In this document: one piece after another, positions 38,058 to 48,029 of the stretch
Layout: each line of letters opens with the position of its first letter
Position numbering within the stretch: position 1 is the first letter of the stretch
DNA from: Candidatus Velthaea sp.
Lineage (GTDB): Bacteria; Vulcanimicrobiota; Vulcanimicrobiia; Vulcanimicrobiales; Vulcanimicrobiaceae
Reading direction: 5' to 3'
Length of the DNA stretch: 64,000 nucleotides
Assembly (NCBI GenBank): GCA_965214935.1
Contig: CBDCCS010000016.1
Location: forward strand, 96,001 to 160,000
Notes under the pieces: model-generated
What the model was told of the DNA's origin: nothing
The model's database searches: none
The model's input: the letters and a program-made list of their open reading frames with translations, nothing else
Position numbers and translations under genes: made by a program

Positions 38058-39496
38058 TGACAGAATCGCACCAACTTCAATGGGGCGGCCGTTTCTCGGC
38101 GCCGTCCGATTCAACGCTGCTTACTTTTGGATCTTCGCTCGACGACGATCTTGTGCTGGCAACGTTCGACATCCGCTGCTCGCGCGGGCATGTCGCAAGT
38201 TTGCGCGGTGCCGGTTTACTTACCGATGCGCATGCCGCGGCGTTGAGCATGGCGCTTGACACCATCAACGACGAAGTGGAAGATGGTGCCTTTGCCGTCT
38301 TCGCGCGCAGCGGGCGGTACGAAGACGTGCATGGGGCGATCGATGCGCGCGTGCGTGAACTCGTCGCACCCGAAGCCGGCGAATCTTTGCATGCCGGACG
38401 CAGTCGTAACGATCAGGTCGCGACGACGCTTTTGCTGTACGCGCATGACCGGGCGCGGCGCGGCCGCAGCGTGTGTGCGACCATCGCCACCGCCCTCGAA
38501 CGGCGCGCCGCGGCCGCGCTCGTTACCGGCGCGCTACTGGCGGCAACGACGCATTGGCAGCCGGCGCAGCCGGTCTTGCTTGCATTCTGGCTGGATGCTT
38601 GCGCGCAGCCCTTTCTGCGTGCAGCGCAGCGCTTTGCCGCCGTGGAGCAGGCCGCACTCGTGGCGTGTCCGCTCGGGTCCGGAGCGGTGGCCGGCTCATC
38701 GCTGCCGCTCGACCGCGCCGCTGCCGCGCTTGAACTGGGCTTTATGGAACCGTCGCGCAACGCGCTCGACAGCATCGGCGACCGCGACGTCGCACTCGAT
38801 CTTCTGCATGCCGCCGCGCGGGCGACGATTGCGGCATCGCGTGCCAGCGAAGAGTTCGTGCTGTGGACGACCCCGGCGTTCGGCTACGCTCGGCTCGGCG
38901 ACGGCGCAGCGACCGGCTCGAGCCTGATGCCGCAAAAACGAAATCCCGATCCGTTCGAGCTGATTCGCGCGGCGGCTGCGCGCATCAACGGTGCGTATGC
39001 TGCCGCGCTCGCGACAACGACGGGGATCGGGCTTTCATATCACCGCGATTTACAAGAAACCAAAGCGTTGATTCTCAGCGGCACCGAGCGTGCACTCGCG
39101 ACACTCGATGCTTTTGCACGTGCCTTCGATGCATTGCAATTCGACGAAAGCCGGATGACCGCGCGCGCCGGAGACGGCTTCACGGTTGCCACCGATATTG
39201 CCGATAGCGTCATTATGAGCGGCACGACCGCACGGGCCGCACATCGCGCCGTCGGCGAGCGCGTTTTACTCGCAGAACTTGCCGGCCGGCGCCTTGACGC
39301 CTCCGATCTTGCGGCGCTCGGCGTTCCGGGCGCGCCGCTCGATGCACGCGCATCGGTCGAAGCAAAACGCACGCCGGGCTCGACCGATCCGAGCGCCGTC
39401 GCGCAAGCGATTGCCGAAACCACGGCGGCAATTGCCGCGCTCAACGAACGAGATTCGCACGTTGTGAACGCTGCGCCGATCGAAACGTTCGCATGA
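38057..39496 (+). CDS. argH: Argininosuccinate lyase
   Basis: WGGRF, EDVH, HAGRSRNDQVAT, GSSLMPQKRNPD, YHRDLQE. Confidence 0.96.
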   Translation: MTESHQLQWGGRFSAPSDSTLLTFGSSLDDDLVLATFDIRCSRGHVASLRGAGLLTDAHAAALSMALDTINDEVEDGAFAVFARSGRYEDVHGAIDARVRELVAPEAGESLHAGRSRNDQVATTLLLYAHDRARRGRSVCATIATALERRAAAALVTGALLAATTHWQPAQPVLLAFWLDACAQPFLRAAQRFAAVEQAALVACPLGSGAVAGSSLPLDRAAAALELGFMEPSRNALDSIGDRDVALDLLHAAARATIAASRASEEFVLWTTPAFGYARLGDGAATGSSLMPQKRNPDPFELIRAAAARINGAYAAALATTTGIGLSYHRDLQETKALILSGTERALATLDAFARAFDALQFDESRMTARAGDGFTVATDIADSVIMSGTTARAAHRAVGERVLLAELAGRRLDASDLAALGVPGAPLDARASVEAKRTPGSTDPSAVAQAIAETTAAIAALNERDSHVVNAAPIETFA

Positions 39497-40476
39497 CGCG
39501 CGTCCACATCATCGGCGCGAGCGGTTACGCGTCGGCCGAACTCATTCGCTTGCTCGACGTTCATCCGGACGTTTCGATCGCGACGCTCGAAAGCCGGAGT
39601 TCACCCGGTGCGCGCATCTGCGATCTGTTCCCGGCGTTGCCGCACGTATTGCAAACCTGCGACCCGCCGGGGACGACGCTGCTCCGCGCGGGATCCGGCG
39701 ACATTGTTTTTCTCGCCGGCAATCACGAGCTTGCGCACCAGCATGCACCCGGGCTGCTCGAACGCGGCGTGCGCGTCGTCGACCTATCCGATGCATTTCG
39801 TTTGACGCAACGTGCGAACGGCGCGGTCTACGGTTTTCCCGAACGGTATCGCGATGCGATCGCAGCGGCCCGCACGATCGCAAATCCCGGCTGCTACGTG
39901 ACCGCCGCACTGCTTGCACTCATTCCGCTCGGCGCGTATGCGGATCGTATTGCATCGATCGTCATCGATGCGAAAAGCGGCGTTACCGGAGCCGGCCGCG
40001 TCCCGCGCGTCGGCTCGCTTTTCGCCGAGGTCGACGCCGACGTGCGGGCCTACGGTTTAGGCGGACATCGGCACGGCGCCGAGATCGAACAAGAACTCGC
40101 CGCCGCCGGTTTACGCGCGCCGTTTATTTTTTCACCGCACGTCGTACCTTTGCGCCGCGGTTTGCTCGCCGATGTTTACTTGATACCGGCAGCTCCGCTC
40201 GAACGCAACGAGATCGTCGCGACGCTGACCCGGTATTATCACGCCAGCCCGTTCGTGACCGTTTTCGACGATGGGCGCGTACCGAATCTACCGTCGTTGG
40301 AACGCACGAACGACGCGCAACTTGCCGTCGCACAACGCGGCGGCATCATTCACATCCTGAGCGGTATTGATAATCTCGGGAAAGGTGCTGCCGGCCAAGC
40401 CGTGCAGAATATGAACGTCATGCTCGGACTCCCGGAGGAACGCGGACTTGTCGCTCGCAGCATTGCCGTCGGTTGA
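39493..40476 (+). CDS. argC: N-acetyl-gamma-glutamyl-phosphate reductase
   Basis: GASGY, ANPGCY, DAKSGVTGAGR, IDNLGKGAAGQAVQN. Confidence 0.96.
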   Translation: MTRVHIIGASGYASAELIRLLDVHPDVSIATLESRSSPGARICDLFPALPHVLQTCDPPGTTLLRAGSGDIVFLAGNHELAHQHAPGLLERGVRVVDLSDAFRLTQRANGAVYGFPERYRDAIAAARTIANPGCYVTAALLALIPLGAYADRIASIVIDAKSGVTGAGRVPRVGSLFAEVDADVRAYGLGGHRHGAEIEQELAAAGLRAPFIFSPHVVPLRRGLLADVYLIPAAPLERNEIVATLTRYYHASPFVTVFDDGRVPNLPSLERTNDAQLAVAQRGGIIHILSGIDNLGKGAAGQAVQNMNVMLGLPEERGLVARSIAVG

Positions 40477-41674
40477 AACCGTTCGGTTAATCGCCATTCG
40501 CGGCGGCTTAGGCGCCGTGCCTGGAGTGAAAATGGCCGGCGTTCATGCCGGCATCAAAAAGCGCAAAACGGATCTGGCACTCATTGCACTCAACGGTCCG
40601 CACGTTTGCGCGCAAGTCATTACGACCAACGATATCAAAGCAGCGCCGCTCCTCGTCAGCGGATCGCACCTTGATTTCGACGGGGATGCAATCGCTGCCA
40701 TTGTAGTCAACGCCGGCTGCGCGAACGCATGCACGGGGGAACGCGGGCTGCGCGACGCACGTGCATCGGCGCGTCAAGCTGCGACCTTGTTGAAAGTTCG
40801 GCCGACGCAAGTGATCGTTGCCTCGACCGGCGTTATCGGTGTGTATTTGCCGATGGACCGGCTGTCCAAGGGGCTCGAACGCGCCGCCAAAGATTTGTCC
40901 GAGGGTCATGAAGCTGCATACGACGCGGCCGAAGCAATCATGACGACCGATCATCTGCCGAAGCTTGCTTCATACGCGTGGCACGACGGCGCGAAACGGT
41001 ACGTCGTGGGCGGTATCGCTAAGGGCTCGGGGATGATTTCACCCAACATGGCAACGATGCTGTCGTTCATTGCAACGGACGCACCGATGTCGCGGGCGGC
41101 GCTCGGTGATGCGCTACGCGAAGCCGTCGACGGTACGTTCAATATGATCTCCGTCGACGGCGATATGTCGACCAACGATGCATGTTACGTCGTGGCCAAA
41201 CCCGGCAAGCACGACGCACCGCCGGGCTTTCGCGAAGCGCTGACCGCGGTGTGCCGCGATTTGGCCGTAGCAATGGTTCGCGATGGTGAAGGTGCGTCTA
41301 AAACGCTCGTCTTTCACGTCACGGGAGCGCGCGACGACGCACAAGCCCGCTCCGTGGCACGCGCCGTGATCAACAGTTCGCTCGTCAAGACGGCGCTGTA
41401 CGGCGAGGACCCGAATTGGGGCCGGATTATCGCCGCCGCCGGCGCCGCACGTGCCGGCCTCGATCCTGAAACATGGGCACTGTATCTCGCCGGTCAACCG
41501 TGGGTCGAGCGTGGCGCGATTGAAGCGCTCAGCGAAGCCGAAGCGCATACGATGCTCGAAGAGACGACGATCGATGTTCGGCTCGATCTCGGCATCGGCA
41601 CAGCACGAGCAACCGGGTGGGGGTGCGATTTGAGCAGCGACTACGTGCGCATCAACGCACACTACCGCACGTGA
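40448..41674 (+). CDS. argJ: Ornithine acetyltransferase / N-acetylglutamate synthase
   Basis: NAGCANACTG, ASTGVIG, IMTTD, KGSGMISPNMATML, DGDMSTND, DPNWGR. Confidence 0.96.
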   Translation: MSLAALPSVETVRLIAIRGGLGAVPGVKMAGVHAGIKKRKTDLALIALNGPHVCAQVITTNDIKAAPLLVSGSHLDFDGDAIAAIVVNAGCANACTGERGLRDARASARQAATLLKVRPTQVIVASTGVIGVYLPMDRLSKGLERAAKDLSEGHEAAYDAAEAIMTTDHLPKLASYAWHDGAKRYVVGGIAKGSGMISPNMATMLSFIATDAPMSRAALGDALREAVDGTFNMISVDGDMSTNDACYVVAKPGKHDAPPGFREALTAVCRDLAVAMVRDGEGASKTLVFHVTGARDDAQARSVARAVINSSLVKTALYGEDPNWGRIIAAAGAARAGLDPETWALYLAGQPWVERGAIEALSEAEAHTMLEETTIDVRLDLGIGTARATGWGCDLSSDYVRINAHYRT

Positions 41675-42879
41675 TGCGCCACGCTCCGCACGTGCGAGCG
41701 CCGCACCGGCATCTGCTTGCAAATTACGGTCGCGCGGACGTTAATTTCGTCCGCGGCGAAGGCGTCTATGCAATCGACGAAGACGGTAACCGGTATATCG
41801 ATCTCGTCGCCGGGATTGCCGTCTGCGCGCTCGGTCATGCGCATCCACGGATCACCGCGGCGATTGCCGATCAAGCCGCTCGTCTCGTGCACATTAGTAA
41901 TCTCTATCATCACGAGCCGGCCGGTGCGCTCGCCGACCGGCTGGCGGAACTGGCTGGATTCGATACCGTTTTCTTTTGTAATTCCGGTGCTGAAGCCAAC
42001 GAAGCGGCGATTAAACTCGCGCGCAAACATGCGTATCGGAACGGCGAACTCAATCGCACCACGATTTTAGCAGCGACGGGCTCCTTTCACGGCCGCACGC
42101 TGGGCGCGCTCGCCGCGACCGATAATGCCAAATATAAAGAAGGTTTCGCTCCGCTGCCGGCTGGTTTTGCCTGGACGCCGTTCAACGACATCGCTGCATT
42201 AGAACGTTCGATCGACGAGACCACGGCGTGCTTCCTCGTCGAGCCGGTGCAGGGTGAAAGCGGCGTGGTTCCGGCGACGCCGGAGTTTCTGCAAGCCGCG
42301 CGCCGGGTCTGCGACGAACGCGGCGCGCTGCTGATATTCGACGAAGTGCAGTGCGGCATGGGGCGGCTCGGAACGCTGTTTGCTTCGCAATTTTACGGTG
42401 TGATGCCGGACGCGTTCACACTGGCGAAATCGCTTGCCAACGGCTTACCCATCGGTGCTTTGCTCATGCGCGGACCGGCGGCAGCTGCGTTACGCCCGGG
42501 CGATCACGGAACGACCTTCGGCGGATCTCCGGTTCCGGCCGCCGCGGCACTCGAGCACCTGCGCTTACGCGAGGAACTGCAACTCGACGCCCACGTCGTC
42601 AACGCGGGCACGGCAATGAAGGCAGCGTTGGCCGAAATTGCGCGTGATTTTCCCGAGGTCTTTGGCGAACCGCGCGGTCACGGGCTGATGTTGGGGCTGC
42701 CGGTACGCGAACCGTACATCGCTTCGGCATTTGTTGCGCCGGCGCTTGAAAATGGATTGCTTGTTAACGCCGCCGGCCGCAACACGTTACGCTTCATTCC
42801 GCCGCTCATCATTACGCTCGACGAGATACACGAAGCCTTACGGCGCTTCGTCGACGTGATACCGCAGGTAATCGGCTAG
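41674..42879 (+). CDS. argD: Acetylornithine aminotransferase
   Basis: NSGAEANEAAIK, SFHGRT, EPVQGESG, DEVQCGMGR, HGTTFGG; TGATG coupling with argJ. Confidence 0.93.
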   Translation: MRHAPHVRAPHRHLLANYGRADVNFVRGEGVYAIDEDGNRYIDLVAGIAVCALGHAHPRITAAIADQAARLVHISNLYHHEPAGALADRLAELAGFDTVFFCNSGAEANEAAIKLARKHAYRNGELNRTTILAATGSFHGRTLGALAATDNAKYKEGFAPLPAGFAWTPFNDIAALERSIDETTACFLVEPVQGESGVVPATPEFLQAARRVCDERGALLIFDEVQCGMGRLGTLFASQFYGVMPDAFTLAKSLANGLPIGALLMRGPAAAALRPGDHGTTFGGSPVPAAAALEHLRLREELQLDAHVVNAGTAMKAALAEIARDFPEVFGEPRGHGLMLGLPVREPYIASAFVAPALENGLLVNAAGRNTLRFIPPLIITLDEIHEALRRFVDVIPQVIG

Positions 42880-42903
42880 GCCGAACTAACCCTTAAACAA
42901 GAA

Positions 42904-42932
42904 AGTGGCGACCGATCGATTCGGCCGCCACT
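42904..42932. terminator. Probable bidirectional intrinsic terminator between argD and catalase
   Basis: AGTGGCGACCGA-TCGAT-TCGGCCGCCACT inverted repeat with T-rich tails on both strands. Confidence 0.65.
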
Positions 42933-42959
42933 CTTATTTATTAGCGGGTCACCCGGATC

Positions 42960-44627
42960 TTAGCGTCCGGCGAGAACGGGTTCACTGCCGGTCACGCCGA
43001 GGTTCGCGGCCATCCGCTTACCGAACGTCGGGTCGACTTTCTCGAACATTGCAACCGCACGTGCGCGAATCGGCGGCGGCACCGTCTGCATGTGGGTCGT
43101 AATTGTTTTGATCATGCGCTCTTGACCGTCGGTACCGATCATCTGCCACATGAGCGTCGCTTGCGCGTAATCATCGTTGCGCCGTGACGTTTGTTCGTAG
43201 CGGCCGGTCGCGTCACGTAAGGCAAACATCGGCTCGGCATATTGCATGTCGCCGACGGGACCGCCATGGCTATTCGGGGAGTAGTTGACGGCATCGCCGC
43301 CGTTATCGCCCGCGGGCATAACGCCGTCGCGTTCGTACGGGTTTTTGACCGTCGTGCCTTTCGCAGAATTGACCGGAAGTTGCTCGTAATTTCCGCTGAG
43401 GCGATAGCGCTGTGCGTCGCTATATGCAAAGAGGCGCCCTTGCAGCACCTTATCGGGCGAAGCATAAATGCCCGGCACGAAGTTCGAAGGTGCAAAAGCG
43501 AGCGCTTCGATTTCTGCCGTATAGTTCACCGGGTTACGATTGAGCACCATCCGGCCGACGGGGATGAGCGGATAATCTTTGTGCAACAGCACCTTGGTGA
43601 CGTCGAACGGGTCGTATTCATAGGTAAACGCCTCGTCGTCCGGCATGATTTGAACGGACAGTTTCCATGCCGTCGTGTTACCCGCATCGATCCGGTTGAA
43701 CAAACTCTGCGTGAACGAATCTAATTTCTCTTCGTCGGCGCGAATTTGGCCGGCTTCCGCATCGGTTAACGTCTTGATTCCTTGTTCGGTATGAAAGTGA
43801 AACTTCACCCAGAACCGTTCGTTCTCAGCGTTGTACCACATAAACGTATGGGAGCCGTAACCATTCATATATTCATAACCGGCGGGGATGCCGCGGTCGC
43901 CCATCAACCACATGACCTGATGGATTGACTCCGGCGACAGCGTCCAGAAGTCCCACTGCATTGCATGATCGCGTAAGTTCGTCTGCGGATCGCGTTTTTG
44001 CGAATGAATGAAGTCGATAAACTTCATCTGGTCGCGAACGAAAAACAGCGGCGTGTTGTTGCCGACTAAATCCCAGTTGCCTTCTTCGGTGTAAAACTTC
44101 ATTGCGAACCCGCGCACGTCGCGATACGCATCCGCGCCGCCGCGTTCGATCGCTACGTGTGAGAACCGCACGGCCACTTCGGTCTTCTTGCCGACGCCGT
44201 TGAAGATCTTCGCTTTGGTATATTTCGACATGTCGTTTTCAAGCTCGAAGTAGCCGAATGCGCCGGCGCCTTTGGCATGCACGACGCGTTCGGGTACACG
44301 CTCGCGATTGAAGTGCGCATTTTTCTCGAGCAGCCACTTGTCTTCGAGCAACAGCGGACCGGTCGGCCCGGCCGACAGCGAATGTTCGTTGGACGCAATC
44401 GGTGCGCCGTTTCGAAAGGTCAGCTGCTCGGGCGTCCCGTCGGCGGGCCAGGCATGTTTACCGAAGCCGTTGGGCGAGCCGGCGGTAATGGGCCCGTCAC
44501 TGCCCGGCGGTTGCGGCGAGCCGCCGCTTTTATTCGGAAACCCGCCTGCGTCGATGGGCGCGGTAATGCCTCCCGGAGCGAGCGTCTTACCCGGCGAGCC
44601 GTGGTCTTTGGAATGGCCGTTTTTCAT
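42960..44627 (-). CDS. Monofunctional heme catalase with a Gly/Pro-rich N-terminal extension
   Basis: FNRERVPERVVHAKG, RDVRGFA.KFYTEEGNWDLVGNN, QGRLFAYSDAQRYR. Start ATG 44627 or GTG 44645. Confidence 0.95.
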   Translation of the reverse strand: MKNGHSKDHGSPGKTLAPGGITAPIDAGGFPNKSGGSPQPPGSDGPITAGSPNGFGKHAWPADGTPEQLTFRNGAPIASNEHSLSAGPTGPLLLEDKWLLEKNAHFNRERVPERVVHAKGAGAFGYFELENDMSKYTKAKIFNGVGKKTEVAVRFSHVAIERGGADAYRDVRGFAMKFYTEEGNWDLVGNNTPLFFVRDQMKFIDFIHSQKRDPQTNLRDHAMQWDFWTLSPESIHQVMWLMGDRGIPAGYEYMNGYGSHTFMWYNAENERFWVKFHFHTEQGIKTLTDAEAGQIRADEEKLDSFTQSLFNRIDAGNTTAWKLSVQIMPDDEAFTYEYDPFDVTKVLLHKDYPLIPVGRMVLNRNPVNYTAEIEALAFAPSNFVPGIYASPDKVLQGRLFAYSDAQRYRLSGNYEQLPVNSAKGTTVKNPYERDGVMPAGDNGGDAVNYSPNSHGGPVGDMQYAEPMFALRDATGRYEQTSRRNDDYAQATLMWQMIGTDGQERMIKTITTHMQTVPPPIRARAVAMFEKVDPTFGKRMAANLGVTGSEPVLAGR

Positions 44628-44709
44628 TGGAGAGCCTTCTTTCACGCTCTAGTTTGCCCGAATAGACCGAACCGAACCGAGAGCCGCGAGCCTTTCCGCC
44701 GGTCGACGG

Positions 44710-45756
44710 TCAGCGCCAGCCGTCCGTCGTCGTGCCGCCGAAAATGCTGCTCTTAATAGCCGCAGCGTAGGCGCGCGGCACATAGGAGTGGTCGGACTCG
44801 AGCACGCTGCTCTCATCGAGCATCTGTCGATGTCGCTCGCTCAATGTGAGGCCGGCGGATGCCAGATTATCTTCGAGCTGCGTAACTTCGCGTGCACCGA
44901 TAATGAGCGCCGTGATGCCGGGCTGGGCGGCGGCCCAAGTCAGTGCGACTTGCGCGGGCGGCCGATCGATCTCAGCGGCCACCGTCAGCAAAGCCTCGAG
45001 CGCACGCCATGACCGGTCGGTGAAGCTACGAAACGGCTGCTGCGCGTCAAAGCGGCCTGTCCCTGCGATCCCGGCGCCTTCGCGCTGATACTTCCCGGAC
45101 AGAAACCCGGCGCCCAGCGGTCCCCACGAACAGATGCCCAGCCCACATTCACGAGCGGCCGGCACGTGTTCCCGCTCGATACTGCGCTCGATGAGTGAGT
45201 ACTCGGGTTGGATAACGATCGGGCCGGGAATTGCGTGCGCCGCTGCAAGCGTCGCGGCTTTCGTGCAGTACCATGCGGGTGCGTCCGAAAAGCCGAAATA
45301 GCGAATCTTGCCCGCGCGCACCAGATCGCCAAGTGACTGCAACACTTCTTCGACCGGCGTAATGAAATCCCAGAAATGCGTGTAGTACAGATCGATGTAG
45401 TCGGTACGTAAGCGCGCGAGTGATGCTTCGAGCGCATGATGTAAATGCTTACGTCCGTTGCCGCCGGCATTCGGATTACCATCGGATGTATTAAACGTAA
45501 ACTTCGTCGCCAGGACGATCCGGTCGCGTAATCGGTGTTCTTTCATATAGGTGCCGATAATCTGTTCGCTGCGTCCGTCGCCATACACGTCGGCCGTATC
45601 GATGAAATTCCCGCCGGCGTTGGTATACGTATCCATCAATGCTCGTGAAACGTCTTCTGACGCACCCCACTTCGCCGTCCCGAACGTCATGGTACCGAGC
45701 GCGAACGGACTCACGATCAAACCCGATCGGCCCAGACTACGGTAGGCGTTATTCAT
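44710..45756 (-). CDS. Aldo/keto reductase
   Basis: LGTMTFG, IDTADVYG, LATKF, GKIRYFGFSD. Confidence 0.93.
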   Translation of the reverse strand: MNNAYRSLGRSGLIVSPFALGTMTFGTAKWGASEDVSRALMDTYTNAGGNFIDTADVYGDGRSEQIIGTYMKEHRLRDRIVLATKFTFNTSDGNPNAGGNGRKHLHHALEASLARLRTDYIDLYYTHFWDFITPVEEVLQSLGDLVRAGKIRYFGFSDAPAWYCTKAATLAAAHAIPGPIVIQPEYSLIERSIEREHVPAARECGLGICSWGPLGAGFLSGKYQREGAGIAGTGRFDAQQPFRSFTDRSWRALEALLTVAAEIDRPPAQVALTWAAAQPGITALIIGAREVTQLEDNLASAGLTLSERHRQMLDESSVLESDHSYVPRAYAAAIKSSIFGGTTTDGWR

Positions 45757-45863
45757 CGCGCTCGTCCGAGCTTATCGCGCACAGCACTTCGTTTCGCATA
45801 CATGGATGCGACGCTTTCGACCACGTTCGGCTTACTCATGGAGCGAGCTCACGCAAAGCAACG

Positions 45864-46523
45864 TTAAAGCCGTCCGATGCGGCCGATGCCGTTTACGTGA
45901 CTTTCAATGTGCTTGGGTTCACCGGTGTACCGAATCTCGCCGACGCCGTTGACGTTTAACGTCACATCGCCGCTCGCGCGAATCAACACGCTCCCGACGC
46001 CGTTGTTATCGACGCTTACATCGCGAGCATCAACTCCGGTTGCGTCGATCTTACCGGCGCCGTCGAGCGTGATGTTCTCGCGCGCGGCGCGCCCCGCCAC
46101 CGTTACCGACGACGCGCCCGAATTTGTTAGATCGAAATCGCGCCCGGTGAGGCCGGTGATATGCACCGATGCTGCGCCTTCATTGGCGAAACTGCGCAGT
46201 TCCGGTACCGCGATCGCGAGCTTCGGCGAACGGCTCGACGAGTAGTCGCCGGACTTCATGCCCACAACGAGCGTGCGCTCGTGAACCTCGGTCGTAACAC
46301 GGCCGACGAGATCGTCTTGGCCGCGAACGATGACTTGCGCCGTCGGCATTCCGGCGGTAACAACGGCGTTAAACGCGCCGGTCAGCCGAATCCGGTCGAA
46401 TGCGGGCACCTGGCGCGTTTGAGATATTTCGCCCGCCGCGCGAATGGAATTCGATGGTACGAGCGCTGCGATCAACAACGCGAGAGCGCCGCATAACAAA
46501 GACCACGGGCGACTGTCGTTCAT
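45864..46523 (-). CDS. Secreted DUF2807 (head GIN/adhesin-like) protein
   Basis: Signal peptide; Gly-rich beta repeats ending G.GEIRYTGEP...GIGRI. Confidence 0.8.
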   Translation of the reverse strand: MNDSRPWSLLCGALALLIAALVPSNSIRAAGEISQTRQVPAFDRIRLTGAFNAVVTAGMPTAQVIVRGQDDLVGRVTTEVHERTLVVGMKSGDYSSSRSPKLAIAVPELRSFANEGAASVHITGLTGRDFDLTNSGASSVTVAGRAARENITLDGAGKIDATGVDARDVSVDNNGVGSVLIRASGDVTLNVNGVGEIRYTGEPKHIESHVNGIGRIGRL

Positions 46524-46584
46524 AACCGAGCTACGTATCGGCTAGCCGGTTTGTTTCGCAGTATGAGACTTCAAGGCGCGCCGA

Positions 46585-47940
46585 CTATGCGCCGCGCAGC
46601 CGTTCGGCAAGATATGCGCCCAAACGGTCGACGGAAACGCGGTCTTGCTTCATCGAATCTCGGTCGCGTATGGTGACTGCCGCGTCATCGAGCGTCTGGA
46701 AATCGACCATGATGCAGAACGGCGTGCCGATCTCATCTTGCCGACGGTACAATTGCCCGACATTGCCTTCGTCATATTGCGTGCGGAACGTACGCCGCAA
46801 TTCGCGTTCGATCGTCCGTGCGCGCGCAACGAGATCGGGCTTGTTGCGCGCAAGCGGAAAGACGGCAACCTGGACGGGTGCGATAAGCGGATGAAAGCGT
46901 AACACGACGCGCTTGGATTCTTTCCCGTCTTCGGCGCTGATCGTCTCATTTTCGTATGCGTCGACAAGCATCGTGAGGGTCGTGCGGTCCATGCCGGCCG
47001 ACGATTCGATGAGGATCGGCGTATACTTCGATTTCGTGGCTTCATCGAAAAAGGTTAAATCTTTGCCCGAAAGCTTCATGTGCGCGTCGAGGTCGTACGT
47101 CCCGCGATGCGCGATCGATTCGAGTTCGCCCCAGCCCCACGGAAAGAGATATTCGACGTCGGTGCCGGCCTTCGCATAATGCGGCCGTTCCTGCGGTGTC
47201 AGTTCGTAGAAGCGTAAACGGTCGGCGCGTACACCGTAGTCGCTGTACCACTTCTTGCGCGCGGCGACCCATTGGCCGTAACACGTCATGTCATTGCCGT
47301 CGTCGGGAACGAAATATTCGAGTTCGGCTTGCTCGAACTCGCGTACGCGAAAGGTGAAATTGCCGGGCGTTATCTCGTTGCGGAACGACTTGCCGATCTG
47401 CGCGATGCCGAACGGCGGCCGCTTACGCGCACTCTGGTAGATATTTTTAAAATTGACGAAGATGCCCTGAGCGGTTTCCGGTCGCAGATATGCCTGCGAG
47501 GCCGAATCTTCCATCGGGCCGATCGCCGTCTGCATCATCAGACTGAAGTTCCGCGGTTCGGTAAGCGTATTCTTTTGGCCGCAGTCCGGACATTTATCGA
47601 GCGATGCCAGATGGTCGGCGCGAAAGCGATGCTTGCAATTGCGGCAATCGACAAGCTTATCGTGAAACTGCGCGACGTGCCCCGACGCGACCCACGTATT
47701 GGGATGCATGATGATCGAAGAATCGAAGCCGACGATATCATCGCGCAATTCGACCATTTCACGCCACCAAGCATCCTTGACGTTCCGTTTGAGGATCGCG
47801 CCGAGCGGACCGTAATCGAAGAAGCCGCCGATTCCACCGTAGATCTCACTCGATTGAAAAATGAAGCCGCGGCGTTTCGCGAGCGCAGTGATTTCGTCCA
47901 TTGTCACGCTTGGGTTCATCGAAGTATCCGCCTGCGCCAT
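46585..47940 (-). CDS. glyQS: Glycine--tRNA ligase, homodimeric (alpha2) type
   Basis: LAKRRGFIFQSSEIYGG, YLRPETAQGIF, FGIAQIGKSFRNEITPGNF.FR.REFEQ.E, YRRQDEIGTP. Confidence 0.96.
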   Translation of the reverse strand: MAQADTSMNPSVTMDEITALAKRRGFIFQSSEIYGGIGGFFDYGPLGAILKRNVKDAWWREMVELRDDIVGFDSSIIMHPNTWVASGHVAQFHDKLVDCRNCKHRFRADHLASLDKCPDCGQKNTLTEPRNFSLMMQTAIGPMEDSASQAYLRPETAQGIFVNFKNIYQSARKRPPFGIAQIGKSFRNEITPGNFTFRVREFEQAELEYFVPDDGNDMTCYGQWVAARKKWYSDYGVRADRLRFYELTPQERPHYAKAGTDVEYLFPWGWGELESIAHRGTYDLDAHMKLSGKDLTFFDEATKSKYTPILIESSAGMDRTTLTMLVDAYENETISAEDGKESKRVVLRFHPLIAPVQVAVFPLARNKPDLVARARTIERELRRTFRTQYDEGNVGQLYRRQDEIGTPFCIMVDFQTLDDAAVTIRDRDSMKQDRVSVDRLGAYLAERLRGA

Positions 47941-48029
47941 GGACATCGCTTTGCGCGCAACAGACGTTATCCCGCCTGCCGCGGCGGCGTAGAGCATAGC
48001 CGCTCGGACATGACGAATGCGCGCGTTCT

